Virus record (IMG/VR): IMGVR_UViG_3300036828_000401
Direction: 5' to 3' (one strand)
DNA: 12,202 nucleotides
Source of the DNA: a virus
The notes below the pieces were generated by a model. The model searched no databases. It saw only the letters and a program-made list of their open reading frames with translations, and was not told where the DNA came from. Of the stretch, positions 10,482 through 12,202 are shown in pieces. Numbering within the stretch: the first letter of the stretch is position 1; each line of letters opens with the position of its first letter. The position numbers and the translations under genes are program-made.

Positions 10482-12120
10482 ACTGAAGGACGCGTTACTC
10501 AGGCATCGCAGTTGTGAGTCTCACCCGCCGCTGCGGCGCAGCCACGACGCCGAAGAGGCGGCGCTGTTTGCCGAATCGTTTCAGTATTGTTCCGCCGGCG
10601 CGCGGCGCGAGCACTTGCGTTGGATGGCGCGCAACGACCTGTTTTATCTCGGCGTCTACATCCTGCATCGCATCCACTGGATCGGCATGGGTTCGGAGCA
10701 GCGAGGCTTCCCACCCGAACACAAGAGCAAGATTGCCAAGTGGTACCATGCGCGCTGCTGGGATGTGCAGGAGAACCCGAACAATCACCTCGACGTGTGG
10801 GCTCGTGAGCACGGTAAGTCGGAGATCCTGAGTTTCGCGTTGGTCATTCAGGACATCCTCAACGATCCCAACAACACCATCGGGCTTTTCTCTCACACCA
10901 GTCCGCTGGCCAAACAGTTCTTGCGCTTGATCAAAACGGAGCTGGAGATCAACGAGGAGCTGAAGGATCTGTTCCCTGAGATCCTCTACTCCGAACCTCG
11001 GCGGCAGAGTCCCAAGTGGTCGGAGAACGAGGGCATCACCGTCAAGCGCCGCACCAATCGTAAGGAATGCACCGTCGAGGCGTGGGGGCTGATTGACGGC
11101 CAACCGACCAGCAAGCGCTTCACCATCCTGCATTACGACGACGTGGTGTCGCGGGACCAGACCTCCGAGTACATGACTGCGAACACCAAGCAGGAGCTGG
11201 AGAACAGCTTCGCGCTGACTGCTTCTGATCCCATGATCATTCGCATCATCGGTACCCCGCAGGAAATCGGCGACGTCATCTGCCAGCTCATGGACGAGAA
11301 GAAGTTCCCGCTGCGCTTCCATCCGGCTGCCGACGAGAAGGGTCAGCCGGTGTTCTTCTCCGAGAACAAGCTGGCCGACTTCAAGGACAAGATGTCCCCG
11401 AAGGTCTTCGCACTCCAGTTTCTGCTGGACCCGAAGGCGGCACAGGACGCGCACGCCATTGGGTTCCTGTCGGAGTGGTGGCTGACCTATCAGGGTGACT
11501 TCAGCCTCAACAATCTCAATCTGTACATTCTGGTGGACCCCGCCGGCCGTGGTCCGGAGTACAACTCACAGTACGCGCTGTGGGTGGTGGGCTGCGGTGC
11601 GGATCGCAAGTGGCGAATCATTGACGGCGTGCTCGATAACCTCGACCTGGCGCAGCGTACTGAGGTCTTGTTCGAGATGATGCGTAAGTACCCGCGCGTG
11701 CTGAAAGTCATCTACGAGCAGCAGTCTCTGCAGGCGGACATCGAGCACATCCGCGACATTCAGAACCGGGAGAATTTCATCTTCGCCATTCAGGCCGCGA
11801 CTGGCATCCGTAACAAGGATGCCCGCATCGAGCGCCTGATTCCGAAATACCGGCATGGCGATGTGCTGGCCCCGGAACGGTTGATGTATCACACCAAGGC
11901 CGGCGTGAACCTCGATATCATCAGGCACTTTCGCGATGTCGAGTACGCCAAGTGGCCATTCAATCCGAGTTACCGGGATCAGCTTGATGCGCTCGCGCGT
12001 ATTTGCGATGAAGCGGAGTGCAACTTCGTCTATCCGGTTGCGTATGGGCAAGGACGGGTGGAAGGCCAGCATTGGAATCAGGATGGTGCGACCAGCACCG
12101 GGAGTTGGTTGAGTGAATGA
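10462..12120 (+). CDS. terL: terminase large subunit, 552 aa
   Basis: Track ORF 10381..12120, trimmed to the ATG at 10462 behind GGAAGAGG. Features: Walker-A-like WAREHGKSE, Walker-B-like ILHYDDV, and nuclease-domain-like YILVDPAG. Its size and position after terS fit. Confidence 0.9.
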   Translation: MASQLRELKDALLRHRSCESHPPLRRSHDAEEAALFAESFQYCSAGARREHLRWMARNDLFYLGVYILHRIHWIGMGSEQRGFPPEHKSKIAKWYHARCWDVQENPNNHLDVWAREHGKSEILSFALVIQDILNDPNNTIGLFSHTSPLAKQFLRLIKTELEINEELKDLFPEILYSEPRRQSPKWSENEGITVKRRTNRKECTVEAWGLIDGQPTSKRFTILHYDDVVSRDQTSEYMTANTKQELENSFALTASDPMIIRIIGTPQEIGDVICQLMDEKKFPLRFHPAADEKGQPVFFSENKLADFKDKMSPKVFALQFLLDPKAAQDAHAIGFLSEWWLTYQGDFSLNNLNLYILVDPAGRGPEYNSQYALWVVGCGADRKWRIIDGVLDNLDLAQRTEVLFEMMRKYPRVLKVIYEQQSLQADIEHIRDIQNRENFIFAIQAATGIRNKDARIERLIPKYRHGDVLAPERLMYHTKAGVNLDIIRHFRDVEYAKWPFNPSYRDQLDALARICDEAECNFVYPVAYGQGRVEGQHWNQDGATSTGSWLSE

Positions 12121-12202
12121 AGAAGGTAGCTTTGGTAATCACCCTTGCATGGGTGCTGTGTTTGCTGGTTGTGATGCCGGCGTCGGCGAAGCACCACAAG
12201 AA
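12117..12202 (+). CDS. secreted/membrane protein, N-terminal fragment (MKKVALVITLAWVLCLLVVMPASAKHHK...)
   Basis: Own translation. ATGA overlap with the terL stop. A signal-peptide-like hydrophobic core is followed by ASA. The ORF runs off the window. Confidence 0.5.
   Translation, partial: MKKVALVITLAWVLCLLVVMPASAKHHK

Noticed and set aside
10495-12072. Long minus-strand ORFs (319 aa at 10495..11454; 168 aa at 11566..12072)
   Set aside because: They lie entirely antisense to the terminase large subunit gene, which has recognisable ATPase and nuclease motifs. They are open only because of GC-rich codon bias.

Overview
The window reads as part of a tailed-phage (Caudoviricetes-like) genome with two divergently transcribed arms that meet in a non-coding control region at about 3492-4077.

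LEFT ARM (1-3491, minus strand, roughly 48-50% GC by eye). It holds ten tightly packed ATG-initiated genes. These include a SprT-like HExxH metallopeptidase that is cut by the window edge and absent from the ORF track, a GP88-like protein, two Cys-rich zinc-ribbon-like proteins and three micro-ORFs. Nearly every start codon carries an almost invariant block, GGAGACAGGCACA-ATG. The longer intergenic gaps carry a repeated promoter-like cassette, TGAATAACC-AAGCGCTT-N18-GGAGACAG, with exact spacing. The arm also contains 16 copies of CGATCG, the core of the cyanobacterial HIP1 palindrome.

RIGHT ARM (4078-12202, plus strand, roughly 58-62% GC). Its genes use ATG, GTG and TTG starts and are chained by ATGA/GTGA overlaps. 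It contains:
- a DIP1984/septicolysin-like coiled-coil protein;
- several small Cys-rich or membrane proteins;
- a 464-nt ORF-free, hairpin-dense segment (5546-6009);
- a tRNA-Gly(UCC);
- a protein of about 40% proline with HP-x-HPIPP-xx-WP-x-PP repeats;
- an HNH endonuclease followed by a hairpin terminator;
- the packaging genes, terminase small and large subunits.

The right arm lacks the start-codon motif and has only 2 CGATCG sites.

All functional calls rest on motif recognition from memory and my own translation. No homology search was possible.
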